A stretch of DNA of 62,763 nt, the filler included, from Choristocarpus tenellus KU-1152 (Eukaryota > Protista > Phaeophyceae), in assembly GCA_964200185.2 (NCBI GenBank). It is 8 parts of 8 records of this genome, joined end to end, with 100 filler letters (N's around TTAATTAATTAA, not from the genome) between each part and the next. Parts side by side here need not be neighbours in the genome. Positions count along the whole stretch, not along the records: positions 49,292 to 51,974 come from CAXNAD020025684.1; positions 52,075 to 56,810 come from CAXNAD020013273.1; positions 56,911 to 62,763 come from CAXNAD020009587.1; 5 more parts are not named here. The stretch is one strand, 5' to 3'. Every line of letters starts with the position of its first letter. Position 1 is the first letter of the stretch. Under the pieces are notes generated by a model. It made no database searches. It was not told the origin of the DNA and saw only the letters and a list, made by a program, of their open reading frames with translations. This document shows, piece after piece, positions 50,770 through 62,763 of this stretch. Position numbers and translations under genes: made by a program.

Positions 50770-50803
<34 letters not shown>

Positions 50804-51393
50804 TTTTCTGATGACCTCATTGAGGATGAGAAAAATATTGAGCTGATTCTGTATGGGTCTTGTTTTTGATGACATCATCTTTGGGCGCTGAAGAAAAAAA
50901 AACAACTTGTGTACTGAGAAAAATATTGTTTAGTTCATGTATTTTAATGATACAGGTGTGTGATTGGACAGTAGAATTTTTTGTCACTTTTTTACTGTTT
51001 CTTTGAAGGTTAGTGGGAATAAAGCATTATCTTCATTTTTTTCTGCCCCTGTAGTGCACAGCTATTTTTTGCAGGAGCTCGTTCTGCTGATTTTGAAGTA
51101 AGAGGTTAGGCACGGTGGCGTAATTGTATAAACCTCATCACTGAACAGATAAGATATACCCTAAATGCAGTCAACGGTTTTGCACGGGTTTAGACTGTAG
51201 CAACAATAAAAAATGTTCCCGTTCATTTCGCTGAGTTGTTTAGTGCAGACGGTAAACGCATCGTCCGTCCTCCAGCTGTCTCTGCTATCCCTCCAATGAA
51301 AACGCTCCATTCTGACCACGATGTTACGCCTTGATGGGATCGAGCAGAGTAAGTAAGAGTGAAGTTGAAGGTTCTCCCTGGTTGGAAAAGAGA

Positions 51394-51472
51394 CCGTCCG
51401 TAGCTCAAGTGTTACCCACTTGTAACTTTGGCACGGTCGTACACAGGTTCGAACCCCGGTTGCTGAGGCCAC
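51394..51472 (+). other. tRNA-like pseudogene or SINE head
   Basis: A-box TAGCTCAAGTG and B-box GGTTCGAACCC at tRNA-like spacing, but the acceptor and anticodon stems do not pair well. Confidence 0.4.
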
Positions 51473-51765
51473 GTTTACTTCATGTGAAATTTGACTTCGA
51501 TGGCATGTAGTGCCTGGGGGAGGGACACCTGTACCTTTACTATATTGCGCTGAACTACACTAAGGGTTAGGGATACAAGAAAATCTCTGGGTTTGTGGTG
51601 ACAAGAGTTTGTTGCAGGCTCGAAGTATTTGGGAGGGAAATAGGGGGTCGTTCACATGTTGGACAAATAAAATCCGATTTGTGGTGCATGAATATATTTT
51701 CTTATATATATATTTTATATTATATTTTCAAGTCAGTGGCAATTCGTGACATCGATCTCAATTGT

Positions 51766-51949
51766 GGCTCAAAGTTTCTGGGGGTAGGGTCTACACCAGG
51801 GTGTTGTTTCAGGCCCTGACCAGAAGAAGTGCACTTACATCATCCATCCAGCACATGCAACCAAATTAACAAAAAATATGCGACATGGAAAAATGGGCCC
51901 CAAATGGACAGATGCCACCCCCCCCCCCCCCCCCCCCCCATAACGAGCC
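51766..51949 (-). mobile_element. MITE family B near contig break
   Basis: GGCTCAAAGTTTCTGG...AAGTGCACTTACA...GGGCCCCAAATGGACA, then poly-C. Confidence 0.85.
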
Positions 51950-52074
51950 CAAGGAGAGGCGAACACCCAAACACNNNNNNNNNNNNNNNNNNNNNNNNNN
52001 NNNNNNNNNNNNNNNNNNTTAATTAATTAANNNNNNNNNNNNNNNNNNNNNNNNNNNNNNNNNNNNNNNNNNNN

Positions 52075-52490
52075 ATTGGTCCCTTTTTCGGCGTGGCAAC
52101 TACGTCACCACCAGATGCACCACTCCATGGATGCCTTCCAGATATATCCTCCGTCCCTGCAACCCTCCTGCCCCCCTCCATTAACAGGCAACCAGGCTTT
52201 GATGCACTTCCTCCACCCAGTTCATCTACCACGACAGAAACTTCATCGTCAACTTTCCCTGAGCAGTAAAAATCTTCCCCCCCAAAGAGAAGCTTTGAGT
52301 TTCTCGGCTTCCCCGATCGAGAAGGAGGAGACCTCAAACCACAAAACTGATCAGGGGAGGTGAAGTCATGATCAAGTTTGGTAGCATCGGGTGTGGCAAC
52401 CAACGCCCTCGCTTTGCTAGTACTTGGTCCCTCGCCTCCAGCCCTGAGCTTTGCCGGGGTGAACGTCGGCTTATCACGTCGGGAATCCAT
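52075..52490 (-). CDS. First exon of an unknown gene (disordered, with S/T-P-x-K CDK-type sites), cut by contig end
   Basis: Open from ATG MDSRRDK to the gap; contains TPAK and TPKK; divergent from the gene at 52747. Confidence 0.55.
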
Positions 52491-52563
52491 GTCACTTTCT
52501 TTCTGTCTCCTCCAGTTCACACTTCTCAACCTACTAGAGTTTTATAAACTATAAACAGGTTTA

Positions 52564-52572
52564 GGCGGGAAA
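52564..52572 (-). promoter_or_regulatory. E2F-type site TTTCCCGCC in a ~256-bp bidirectional promoter
   Basis: GGCGGGAAA on the + strand between two divergent ATGs. Confidence 0.45.
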
Positions 52573-52746
52573 CTAGAGGGTATACCCTTCTTGGTCAACA
52601 CGCAAAAAATATATCCATATTTGAAAAAAACACATTTATAGTCACACTCCTCACATTGCTACCTTCCTCTGTCATGACCTGTAAGTCGACCGACTTCCAT
52701 AAAATCAGGAATTCATGGCTTCTACAGACTAGGTAGGAAAGGTGCG

Positions 52747-55700
52747 ATGAGGAGAGCATACCGTCCGAGGGCATCTAAGGACAGGGCAGTAGCTCAACGT
52801 GTTGTAGAGGAACTAGAGCGTGAGAGGGTGCAGGAGTTTAGCCTTGCTAAGAAGGTACGCACTGAAACGCTCGGAGTCTGCTCAGGGCAAAGCGATGCTA
52901 GTGCACCCAGTAACACAACGAATGAAGAATGTAGTGAAAGCGGTAGCAGAAAACAGTCACAGAACAGCCTTGGGTCCGCTAGGCCTCGAAGTAAAGAAGG
53001 TGCAAAGCGATCTGCCAAGGGTCGCAGCATCAAGGAACGCAGAGGCCGGAACTCGGACCCCGATCGACAAGAGTATTATCTTGATGATGAGGATTCGCTG
53101 CTCAAGGAAAATACGAAAGACGAGTTAAGCAAGGGCTCGATGGCTGTGGGAAAAGCCTGGTCATGCGTCTCTTGCTCTTTTTTGAACGCAGCGGGAGCGA
53201 AGCGTTGTCGAATATGCAGCACCAAGATGAACCCTACCGCAAGGCAATCACCTCGATCTAGAACCATGGACTGCATCGACCGACGTATCGAAATTTGCGA
53301 GCGGAATGGCAGGTGGAAGAGTGGGACTGTCATTTCCTTTCGAGGTACGAACTGCACCACATCCAGTATGTTACAATCGTCAACCCTCTGATAAGGGATG
53401 CTAGGTGTTATGGGCCTGCTTTGCAACAAAGATGCTCGACTCTACAGCAGTAGATCAGTAGTAAGCTGGAGTGGGGGATAGTTAGCTTTTGACGCGCTTC
53501 TCTACAACCTGACCGTTCTGGTGGTGTGTACTGTTGATTGGAGCAACGCATCTGTTGCATGCAAGATTAAAGGGTTCACCCCAAACTCCGATCTCCCTAG
53601 CTGCACATATAATACAAAGTGCTGCACACGTTGACTTAGCTTTCCCCTCTCATCTTGACAACCACATGTCCTTTCCAGAATCCCAGGGGGTGCACGAGGT
53701 TGTCTACGATGACGACCTTAAGCGGTCGCAAGTGATGCTTGCTCAGGTCTCCTTCCGATGGCTGGATAATGTTTCAACCAGCATTAACCCCGTGAACCAA
53801 GGCGATCAAGCAAGGAATGAGTTGGTGGGCCGCCTGGTACCCACTACTGGTGCCAGTTCTGGGCAAAAACGTCGGCGACAGGTATCTGAAGTAGATGGAG
53901 GGGTCCAATTACTCAGGGACAACAATGAGATTAGGGAGGGAAATTCGGCAGCCTACGAGCCCTCACTTGAAGTCACAGGAAAGTGCTGTGAAAGGAATTT
54001 ATTCACACAAGGCACACCAGGTCTGCACAGGAGTGAAGAGGAAGGTTCTGGACAGGGATCTGTGGCAAAATCAGTATCCCAATCTCTCTCATCAGAGGAT
54101 GGGTCAGTGCGGCAAGGGGAGCTTGATATGCTGGAAATGCCGGTTGAGGGAGAAGGTATTTTGCTAGGAAAGGAAAGGCCTCCTTCCAATCCCCAGAGAA
54201 TTTGTTTGAATGAGGCAAGAACTGTGCCTACTGTTACCAAGGGCCCGAAGGCCAAATGCTTCTCAGACAGTGGAGGTGTTTCCACTATGACATCCGCCTT
54301 AAAATATTATGAAAATCAGCAGGTGAAGGAGAAGCACAGGGGACGGTCCCGAACAGGCAGAACCAGAACAGTCCAGAGTCACACACAAGCCAAGGATTAC
54401 GGGAACCAATCTGAGGTTTCCAGTCACCTTGGTCCAGTTGACCCTGTGTTGACAGGAGAGGGCTTGGGACCAAAGGGCGGGAATGCACATGTAGTTGATG
54501 GGGAGGAGCAATGTGAACAAGATTTTGGAGAAGAATCATCAACCTTGTCTTCCAGGGAGACTGGTGGAAAGGGAAGGTATATACCATTCACCCCCAGGAG
54601 TGGACGGTTGTTGAGGAGTGGGCAATGCAGGACTGTTGAAGGTAAGGTGAGGGAGGTGATCACCACTCCAGTCCCTTTCCAGCGGCCTATTCAAACAAGG
54701 AGGGGGAACCCTGTGCTTAGGGAGGAGTCCTGCAAAGATTTGCCAACGTTGGCTGGTGCAGCCAAAGCAGTAGTAAGTGAGGATAACAGACAAGGGGACA
54801 GACTTCAACAGACCTCCCCCAGGCAAGTCATTCCCCTGACAGCTGAGTCTACTCCTGAGTTATTAGGTGTGAAAGGAGAGTCATCGTTAGTGCCAGCACC
54901 ATCCGCTGTCTCCCAAGCTGGAGGAGACACTTCCTTGCCCTCCAGACCTACTGGTGTCACTAGTGTCATAATCGATTCTGGCCCTTTGCAAAACTCGCCA
55001 ATGGAGGTGTCTGCCCAACCTGAGAGTCACGTGGATGGGCAAGAGTGGGGCGAACCTAGTGCCATCCTTGCAGCACGCCTGGATTTCAAGGGCAAGCCAA
55101 GAGGGTGGGAAGTGACAGCAGTGCGGGTGACAACATGGTCTGTGACTGGTTGTCCCAGAGAAAGTTCAGTGACGAACATGGAAGGTCAGCTGAATCTTCC
55201 TGTGGTTGTGTTGGGTCACGCCAATGGCACTTCTGTATGGGTGCTGACAGAGAAAGAGGCTGCATGCACACATCTCACCTATGGGTTGCTGCAGGGGATT
55301 GTGGGCACCAGGCGGGTCGATGTCCTTGCTCTTGCACCCATGTTGGGGTTGGGTAATGGTCTGTACATCATGGCTGCTGGTCTCCATGACACATCTCTGG
55401 GGCAGCCATTCCTAGACGTATGGAAGGCACATTGGCCTGATACAGCTGAGTCACCATCGCTTATATTACCTGTTGCACCCGACACAACCGAGGGAGTTGC
55501 AGGTAGTGGTAAGGAGGCGGGTGATCTACCTCGTCACCCTTCCCCGTGTGGACCAATGGAGCTTAAGAGCAGCATTAAAAAAGTCTGGAAAAGATTTGCC
55601 CCGACTGGGTTGCCAAAGGAGGCGGTCCTGTGCCTGTGTTTCTGTGGGGCAACGCGGGCTGGATGTGGTGAAGCAAGCAGAGCTTTGGGAAGGGGTGATA

Positions 55701-56810
55701 AAGGGGAAATGGAGGACCAGGGGAAAAGTGAAGGTATTCAGGTGGTGGCAGTCATAACATTGGGAGTTAAGGCTCTGTGCATGAAGTTTGATGCTGAGTT
55801 CCAACACATGGACAGTGCAAAAGCATTGCCGATGGGATGTACAGGTGGAGGTGAGCTATACCAGAGTGCTCTATGGGGTAGGGGGAGGTTGATCATTGTC
55901 AGTGGTGCCAGTAGGGGATACAGTGCAGGCCACTTGCTAGTAAGGAGGACCTTCTTATTTACCCAAAGGCTCTCTAGGTGGATAGATCCATATCACAGGT
56001 GGTGAAGGTATTCAATAGTAGGTTCCAATATCATTATAGTTGGCAATGCTGACACTAATGAAGTGTTGCCTTTTGTCCAGGAAGTTGCCGAATTATACTT
56101 GTCAGGGCAAGATGGTTTACCTCAGGCGATTTTATTTTCTTGTTTACTCTGCAGTGTTGAGCAGACAATACAAGTTGACAAGACAAGTACCCACTTCCCC
56201 CCCACTTCCTTCTCCCCCCGCCCTAGAGTCCCTACTTCGTTACAATATTTTGTATGGACATCTGCTTTCACTCACCCTATGATTTCACATGCAATACACT
56301 GACCTACCTCATTAAGCTCACAAAGACATCTCTCTCCTCCCCGCCCACCCTACCCTTTTCCCCCCTCTCCCCTCTACCAAGTTATTACCTCCCTGGCTCC
56401 CGTCTCAAGCAACCCCTTGTTAGTCTTTGCGGCCCTCCCTTCCTCTGGGCTAATAATTCTGTGGGACGTCCCAGGGATGCAGCTCTTGTGCCAGCTGCCC
56501 CTCTCTGCATCAAGCCTGTGCTCACCCGTTAACACCTTCTCGGGCCTGCTTGGCAATGGGGAAATTGAAGTCATTGTGGATAAAGGAGAAAGGGGGGAAA
56601 GTTGTAGAACAAAAAAGTTACTTTCAGGCTTTCTCGATGATAATGTTGATGGGACAACTGTGAGTGCACAGCTGCTGTGCATCTTGGCCACTGCTGGTGG
56701 AGGAGAGGACAAACTGGCATCTGGGACCTCGGGGAGTGGTGGTGTACGGAAATGGGGTCCTGGGGGGTTATTTGCCCTATGCACCTCTGGCGATGTTGGG
56801 GGGGGGGGGG
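52747..56810 (+). CDS. RanBP2-type zinc finger + Tudor-like + disordered linker + WD40-like protein; 3' incomplete
   Basis: Exons 52747-53344, 53679-55850, 56382-56810 with phase-1 junctions. Motifs WSCVSCSFLNAAGAKRCRIC; RRIEI..WKSGTVISFR|ESQGVHEVVYDD..L..VSFRWL; VITSLA...GLIILWDV. Confidence 0.75.
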
Positions 56811-56966
56811 NNNNNNNNNNNNNNNNNNNNNNNNNNNNNNNNNNNNNNNNNNNNTTAATTAATTAANNNNNNNNNNNNNNNNNNNNNNNNNNNNNNNNNN
56901 NNNNNNNNNNAGAAAGGCCCGCCTCCAAGCCAAGTAGTGTCCATGATAAGCTTTGATTTGACTTGC

Positions 56967-57416
56967 TTCAGGGTCCCTCCCCCCTGGAACGGAGCAGCAC
57001 ATAAATAGTGTGAAACGGAATGTCGACTAAAAGTTTTCACTCCTGCTGCAGGCAGTTGGGGGCCTTTCTGAAGTCTAACAAAGGAGGTAGAGAGACACAA
57101 AACGGACTTAAGGGTCTCATCGATGACATCCAACCTCACGATCATGACTTGTTGGGATATTTGTCGTCCAATATGAGGTCTTCCACACAGATATGGATGC
57201 AAGGATATGGTCATATAGAAGACCTCTATTGGACGAACATATATTCCAGTAGGTCATGAATATGAGTTCATTGATGAGGCCCTTAAGTCCGTCTTGGGTC
57301 TATCTCCCTCCTTCGTTACCCTTCAGAAAGTTTCTAAGTGCCTGCACCAGGAATGAAAACTCCTGGTTAATATTCTTATCACCCGATTTACGCAGTGCTC
57401 TACATGGTGCCCTGAA
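56967..57416 (+). ncRNA. Long fold-back (candidate pre-miRNA / hairpin RNA)
   Basis: Arms 57033-57183 and 57218-57360 are reverse-complementary, extending imperfectly to 56967/57416. Many differences are G:U-compatible on the + strand. Confidence 0.6.
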
Positions 57417-60400
57417 CCTCATTTTTTTCTGCACCAAAACATGGTCGTTCAGTGTATTTCAAAATCTACCAGTGATTACAGTAGATTGTTCTTCGAAAAA
57501 TAAATCTATTTATGCAAATCCTCTGTTCTCATCCATGGAAGCAAGTGCAGCCCCATGTTACCGCTGGCCACCAACTGTGGTTAAAAATCGTGATTGCGGC
57601 CAAGAAAATATTGGGAGATCAGCATGTCAAAAAAAGACGATACAAAACGTATCGCCGACTGTAAAAGTTTGAGTACAAAATACTGTCAACAGATCATTTC
57701 ACAGTCAAAACATACCATGAACTAAACTGCCAACCAATTTACATCCCTGCTACAATTAATGACATACCACACCGAACGGATTATGGATGGATATAGTTCA
57801 ACATCGTAGTGGATAATACTTTAGACCATGGAAAAATAAGAATTCATGTATTGTAAGTGTAAGCAGTGATCCTGCTACTCAGGAGTAGTCGATAACTGAG
57901 AATGCTGGTGGGTACATAACTTTACCTGTTGCTCATGGGGGGCACTGTGTGGTGGATGGGTAGGAAGCAACTGAACTTAAACATGCTGATATTTCAGAAC
58001 ATACTGTCCAACATGCTTGGTGTGTACTTAATTAAAACACAAATGACATAATGTGCCCTTTCCTGGCCTCACACTTCTCTATTTTCAAGGCCTGGGATTT
58101 ATGTGTAAGTCAAAAAGAGGGGTAGGGGGAAAGGGGCATTCTACTCCAGTATACGATAATCTAGATGTGGTCATGCCCCATTTGAGAAGGGGGGATTGAT
58201 AGATATAACATATTGTATCTATCCACACCTTGCTTTGATTCCAGTGAAGGGGAGATTCGAGGAGAGGCAAACACAATAGTCCCACACTAATAGGCTGCGA
58301 CATGAGGATACTGCTCAGGACACTAAACTATGTTGGAAAATGTACTTTGATGTATGTATTTTCTGGATAAAGACATACTGGTAAAAGCTGAAATGAGAAT
58401 AGAGTGAGTGCCTGTGAGACGAACGGTCTACCTGTACAGTAGATTGTATTGACTCACAGTTCCGAGTTTGTGAATAGGAAACTGTAGGAATCGATAGAAT
58501 AGGGACCATCGAAATATCTTCTTAATGTTTATGCTCAGTGCCACAAACGTGGATTGTTTGATTTATTGCTTAGATACAATGTGAAGAACTCTACATGCAC
58601 AGTTTTGAAGTTTGGAGGGAGTCAAGACAGTATTGTCCTATATCCTATGAAAGGCGAGTCAATTTGATGTAGTTCTTGAACTTGTCTATTAGAAAGTATT
58701 ACTGTATGAAGACTGGGAAGGGAGTGACTTACACAAAAATCTCTGGTTTCATTGTAATGTGTACTAATGGTGTATTATGGCTTGAAGCATTTTTCTCCCA
58801 CTGTAATTCTTTCCTGAAGCTAAGAACAACAGCCTAGCAGGTAGTGCTACCATGTGATGCCAATGGCAGCCTGACATGTTATTTGTAAGCAGTATATATA
58901 TATTGTTGATATCAGCATAAGACAAGATGACAATATCATAGTATTTCTCAGGACCTTCATCTCCACACGCACTTCCATTAGCCACATAATTTTGCAAACA
59001 GAAGAAAAAAGGATTAAACCATTCTCTCTTGCTCCAATGTATCTTTATTGCAACATGGCTCTCGATCAGTCAGCCCTCCCCGAGCTTTCCACCTCCTGCC
59101 CCCCCACCCCACCCCCCTCCCCCTAAATTTTGTACTCCATATCCCAATTATTTTTGTCCCTTGTGTTTGCCCAATTTTGGCTCTTGCCAGGACACCAATC
59201 TTTCGTTCCTGCCTGATCATACTGTTTCGCTCAGGGGCTATGCAGTTGGCGACTTTCCTCGGCAGGCAAGCACTCCAAGGCTAGGCAACACTGAGGGTAT
59301 TGCCTTATATTGGAATTCAGCGCTTTCAGCATTGTTTCCTTTGTGTTCTGTTTTCCGTTTTTGTTGTCATTTGATCAAGATACGTGCCCCCCAGTAGTTT
59401 AACTTATGGAAGTGTGAGGAAATTTCCGAGATGCCTCTCTACATTCTTCCACTCAACAGCTTTGGTTTCTTACATCTTGGGTGTTATCTAGAATGCCCTG
59501 ATATGTGGAGTGTTTTGAAGAATGTGCAAATATATTCAACCTACGAGAAGCATCCATATCATCCAGGTGTAGCTTGTATGGTCTTGGACGTGTGAGTGAT
59601 AAGAATTAGGTGTGTCCATCAACTCTCACCATGACCATGAGAGATACATCCCATGTAATTTGATCCCTGCACAGAATGTTGACAATTTTGACTTCCTTAT
59701 TGATTCAGAGCAAATGCCACTCCTCTGTCACTCTCTTAAAATGTTTTGTTTCAACGGTGTTTGCTCACTTTAGTATACTAAAGTTTATCGCTTCATACTT
59801 GTCTTTTGGTAAATCGGCACGAAAGATGTCGTAAACCTAATGTTCTTGAAATCACCTTGCGCGATCTTCCCCTTTATATATTTCCAAGTTAAAAGTTATC
59901 TGTAAAATGTCAGTTGGTGATCAAATGGAACCCTCGACATCCAACCACAACGATTAATCTCTCCCGAGAGGTGATAGTAAGGGATGATGAGTCTTCCAAC
60001 CACCCTTGACATCAAATTGCTAATACCGAAGGACGTATTATAAAGTGCTTTATGAGTCGAAGTCAGATACAACAATATGATTTGTGTGTTTTGAAACACA
60101 GAGTGATGTTTTGTGTCAATTTCTCCAGGTATATAATCAACCGAATTGGGTAGGTTGCACAAATTCCTTGTTGACTTTTTATTTTTGGAAATAATTGCTA
60201 TCCTGCCCAAAATACTCTGGAACAACTGGACTATAGCTATGAACAGCGTGTATGAACTCTACCTTGCCCTATAGTTTTTTCTTCCATCGCAATAGATTGT
60301 TCTGATGTGCTACCTGCTCTGCCCTTGGTGTTGATATATACCTGCTCACCATGTGACCTTCCCACCCTTTCTGAGCAGGTCCTGTCCCGAGTGGCTGGTA

Positions 60401-62738
60401 TGTTGGAGCTAGACACAGAGTCAGACCTTCAGCAGTTTCAGACAGTTACTAAGCAACGGGAGGGACGACCTCGCCCAGTGTACTATTCCACTGCCACACA
60501 GGTACACCAACAGCTTTTCCAATGGCAATGCATTTCGTGTTGCAGTTCTTGTGCAATTTGCAGGCACCAATACCACAATCAGCATGGTTTGCATCAGACA
60601 AAGGCCTATGTTATTATTGGTGACTTGGCCAAACCTTTTCTACACATCATTAATTCTCCTAAGATTGTGGACAACGGAACCCTAGTGTATCAGACATTTG
60701 TCCCACCCTGATACATATATAGACTGTTTTGTAGCATATTGGAGTACAATATTTCTAGCACTAGACCAGGACATGGTGGTCATGAATGAAAGCCCCTAAG
60801 GATGTAGATTTAGACAGGTATAAAGTAGAAGTTCAATTTCCAAAGGCTAGGCTACCTGGTCACTCCTTTATGTGTGAAGTTGGAGTGGGAGATTGGAATG
60901 CTCTCACATCAAATTGAGGAGGTGCGGGTAATCCTTCTTAAGATTGCAAGTCTATGAACATGAGACATTCATTGTGATCAATTATTCCTGTGAGATTTCC
61001 AAGCATTTGTAGTGGGAATACGTTATATTTCGGGTAGTAACTATAGGTACGGAAGACCTAGTGCTTGGCAGGGCATGAGCATGGCAGTTCCCTGGCAAGA
61101 GTTGTAATTTATCGTGTTTGGTATACATAGGTTTACTAAACAGATTGTCGCCAAATAGAAACACCCGCTTTTCTTGGTATCTTTGATTTCTTGTTATACC
61201 TGTGTAGCCCTTAAGTTCCCCTTGATTAGGATTTTGGGCGTAGATGCATTGCTTTGTGTCCTTGTCTTCTACCCTCAAGAAAGCAATTTTATCTCTTCAT
61301 CTACCGACCTCACCACTACACAAACCGTACAGCCCCTACCCTCATTCTCACCCCTGCTGTGCACCCAGATTGGCCTTCTACCAAATGATAATGTGCCTGA
61401 CATGGTGCAACAACTTCTACCCAAAGGATCCCCTGCTCATTCCCACCGGTTCTTGAGGCGCTGGTTGTTGACACCCCCGACATATCACCTAGCCGACAGT
61501 ATCCACTCCCTTTGCAAGGAGTTGATGGAGCTCAAGGCGAGACTTATGATTTGTAGAAGTCCAAAACACAGAGCTGATGGTAACACTCTCATATTTTAGA
61601 TTAGGATTTGAACTATCCTTTAGGGCGGGGATAAAGTTTGTGCTTAGCTTATGATGAGGAGATAGGCATTTGTTTTGGCTCTTGTTTGGAAGGGAAGATT
61701 GTGTGAGGGTTTTAGTTGAGCTCAGGATTCGGTAAAGAGTTGAGGATAAGGTTGAGGTTTAAGCTACGGATTGAGTTTGGGGTCAGAGTGTTGTTTGAGT
61801 TGAAAGTACATTGCAACACCCTAGTAGTTCACGGGACAGATTGGTTGGATAAATGTATGGAGGGTAGAGGATAGGCTGAGTTAGAAACTATGACATTAAA
61901 GTATGCCATTTTTTGTGTTATTATGATGTGCTCCATATATTTTGTGACATAGGAAATGTCGCTATGAAGTGTACATTCAGGCCAGTTATTATTGTTATTG
62001 GAGGATATTCTTCTGTGTATGGTACCGATGACTGCAAGAGTATTCCGTTTTCTTTCCCCTCCCCCCCACCCCCTCTTCTTCACCTTTCAAAGGGAGCACC
62101 TTCAACTGAAAAACGGTTCAAAATCAAGACATTCATTACTGAAGTGCGTAAACCATGAGTTATTGGGATCAAACCTGAAACCCCTCTATTAAACCATTTT
62201 CATTTTTTTTTTGTCCATGTAGTAGGTCGAAGGAGATCTGTACACATAGAAGTATATCTAACACTGGAGTTCCACACTTCATGCCGCTCTTCTCACATCA
62301 GGTGGGTCTTCCTCGCCTTCACCCAGTGCCAGTGGGAAAGGCCAAGACAATGCTATTGGCACGGCAGTGCAATGTACCGCTCTTCCGGGAGATCTCAATG
62401 GTGAGTCTTGCAGTGTCCAATTCCACAGCCTTCTTAGGCAGGGGAAACAGCGAGGCTGCTATACTGTCAAGTAGCTGTCAGGTTGCTATGTCTGTGCAGT
62501 ACCTTAGAGGACACCAAGATCACACCTTGATGCAACCCTTACGTCAACAAAAAATTGCATGCAAGACTGTCACGTATGCTACTTTCAACAGAGCTCAAGC
62601 TCTATGCTCTTAAGCTCTTAAGGTGTATGTGACTGCATCTACTTTAGTTTTGCGAACATGGGTGTGTAAGAAAACATTGCTTGTTATTATCCCAAGGTCC
62701 TGTTTTAGTATTCCTGAAGTGAATGCTAAACTGTCAGT

Positions 62739-62763
62739 GACTCAAAGTATCTGGGAGGGGGTG
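62739..62763 (+). mobile_element. MITE family B left end at window end
   Basis: GACTCAAAGTATCTGGGAGGGGGTG. Confidence 0.7.

Noticed and set aside
58198-58223. Small AT-rich hairpin GATAGATATAA-CATA-TTGTATCTATC
   Set aside because: Short, low-complexity and without supporting context.
59640-60711. Possible Copia protease (FLIDS) and LINE fragments
   Set aside because: Single short motifs in heavily decayed sequence; needs a profile search.
1-62763. Gene cluster or operon-like system spanning the window
   Set aside because: The window is eight concatenated contigs, so adjacency across spacers is arbitrary.

Overview
Eukaryotic nuclear DNA made of eight unlinked contigs joined by artificial 100-nt spacers (44 N + TTAATTAATTAA + 44 N), so nothing can be inferred from neighbourhoods across spacers. 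Intron-rich genes, interstitial TTAGGG tracts and the transposon types suggest a photosynthetic stramenopile such as a brown alga or relative (inference). Gene models were built by hand from GT-AG sites and intron phase. They are: (1) part of an SH2-domain gene; (2) a complete 9-exon minus-strand gene (~1460 aa) encoding signal peptide, TPR-like helices, a transmembrane helix, a long disordered tail and a C-terminal La motif; (3) a 4-exon TOD1/MUCI70 (DUF616)-like glycosyltransferase; (4) a Sel1-repeat terminal exon; (5) a divergent gene pair around an E2F-type site, one partner encoding RanBP2 zinc finger + Tudor-like + WD40; (6) a disrupted ParB/DGQHR-like gene. Mobile DNA includes two related MITE families with 4-bp TSDs (Sola-like), a TA-flanked mariner-like element, a decayed RLE-type LINE 3' end, and LTR remnants with a tRNA-Gln primer-binding site. 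The most notable unexplained signals are the membrane-anchored La protein, a ~450-nt G:U-rich fold-back resembling a miRNA precursor, the ParB-like pseudogene in a CpG-rich block, and CpG-island-like 5' ends against CpG-depleted gene bodies.
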